Source: an uncultured Gemmatimonadaceae bacterium (GTDB lineage Bacteria > Gemmatimonadota > Gemmatimonadetes > Gemmatimonadales > Gemmatimonadaceae). Taken from it: a stretch of DNA of 64,000 bases. A program made the translations under genes and the position numbers. Shown here one piece after another: positions 63,569 through 64,000 of this stretch (position 1 is the stretch's first letter; each line of letters starts with the position of its first letter). The notes under the pieces were generated by a model that was given only the letters and a program-made list of their open reading frames with translations, was not told where the DNA came from and did not search any database. Location of the stretch: positions 1,920,001 through 1,984,000 of the forward strand of contig CAWJMB010000002.1 in NCBI GenBank assembly GCA_963843845.1, in the 5' to 3' direction.

Positions 63569-64000
63569 ATGTCACTCCCAGTCGTCGCGCTCGTCGGCCG
63601 ACCGAACGTCGGCAAGTCTGCGCTGTTCAACCGCCTCATCGGCAGTCACGACGCGATCGTCAGCGAGGAGGCCGGCACCACGCGCGATCGCCACTTCGGT
63701 CGCGTCGAGTGGAACGGCAAGACGTTCTGGCTCGTCGACACCGGCGGCATCGTCGAGGACTCGTCGGTGCCGATGGACGTCGAGATTCGCAAGCAGGTCC
63801 TGCAGGCGATCGGCGAGGCTGACCTCGTGCTCTTCCTCGCCGATGCGAAGGTCGGCGTGCACCCCAGCGACGCGCGCGTCGTCGATCTGTTGCGCGACTC
63901 CCGGAAGCCGTGGATCATCGCCGCGAACAAGGTCGATCGTCCCGAGAGCACGGACTGGTACGAGATGTACCGACTCGGTGCCGGCGATCCGATTCCCGTG
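63569..64000 (+). CDS. der: Ribosome biogenesis GTPase Der/EngA, 3' end outside the window
   Basis: Translated by hand: MSLPVVALVGRPNVGKSALFNRL...GTTRDR...DTGGI...ANKVD. Confidence 0.95.
   Translation, partial: MSLPVVALVGRPNVGKSALFNRLIGSHDAIVSEEAGTTRDRHFGRVEWNGKTFWLVDTGGIVEDSSVPMDVEIRKQVLQAIGEADLVLFLADAKVGVHPSDARVVDLLRDSRKPWIIAANKVDRPESTDWYEMYRLGAGDPIPV

Overview
A GC-rich (about 70%) core-genome segment from a diderm bacterium. Gene order and rRNA sequence look most like Gemmatimonadota; this is recognition, not a search result. Almost everything is on the + strand. In order: gatB (5'-truncated), murA-pgeF, rimP-nusA-ylxQ-infB-rbfA-truB-ribF, secDF-tatD-ridA-murI, a thioesterase-lipoprotein-lptE-rfaE2-rph-rdgB block, three tRNAs, a complete 16S-23S-5S operon with no spacer tRNA, era-Trm112-beta-barrel-GGDEF-zinc-ribbon, prfB (programmed +1 frameshift)-lysS-lolCE-lolD-mcsA-mcsB-clpC, bamA-skp-lpxD-lpxC/fabZ-lpxA-Gfo/Idh/MocA-lpxB-DUF374-lpxK, gdhA-rlmH-bshC-murJ-uvrC-thrC-like-DUF512 radical SAM, and der (3'-truncated). 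The - strand carries only a DUF948/YtxH/Zn-phospholipase C operon and lpxH. I see no mobile element, prophage, CRISPR array or defence island. Several genes, including essential ones (nusA, prfB, murJ), carry single-base indels that are best explained as long-read consensus errors. Best leads: (1) a zinc-ribbon protein with a C-terminal RomX-like domain, translationally coupled to a GGDEF protein, suggesting a c-di-GMP link to an MglA-type polarity module; (2) a cUUCGg hairpin inserted in 16S helix 22; (3) a CtsR-less McsA/McsB/ClpC arginine-phosphorylation system between lolD and bamA; (4) a GnnA-like gene in the lpx operon that apparently starts at CTG; (5) a 29-bp imperfect palindrome recurring at four promoters.
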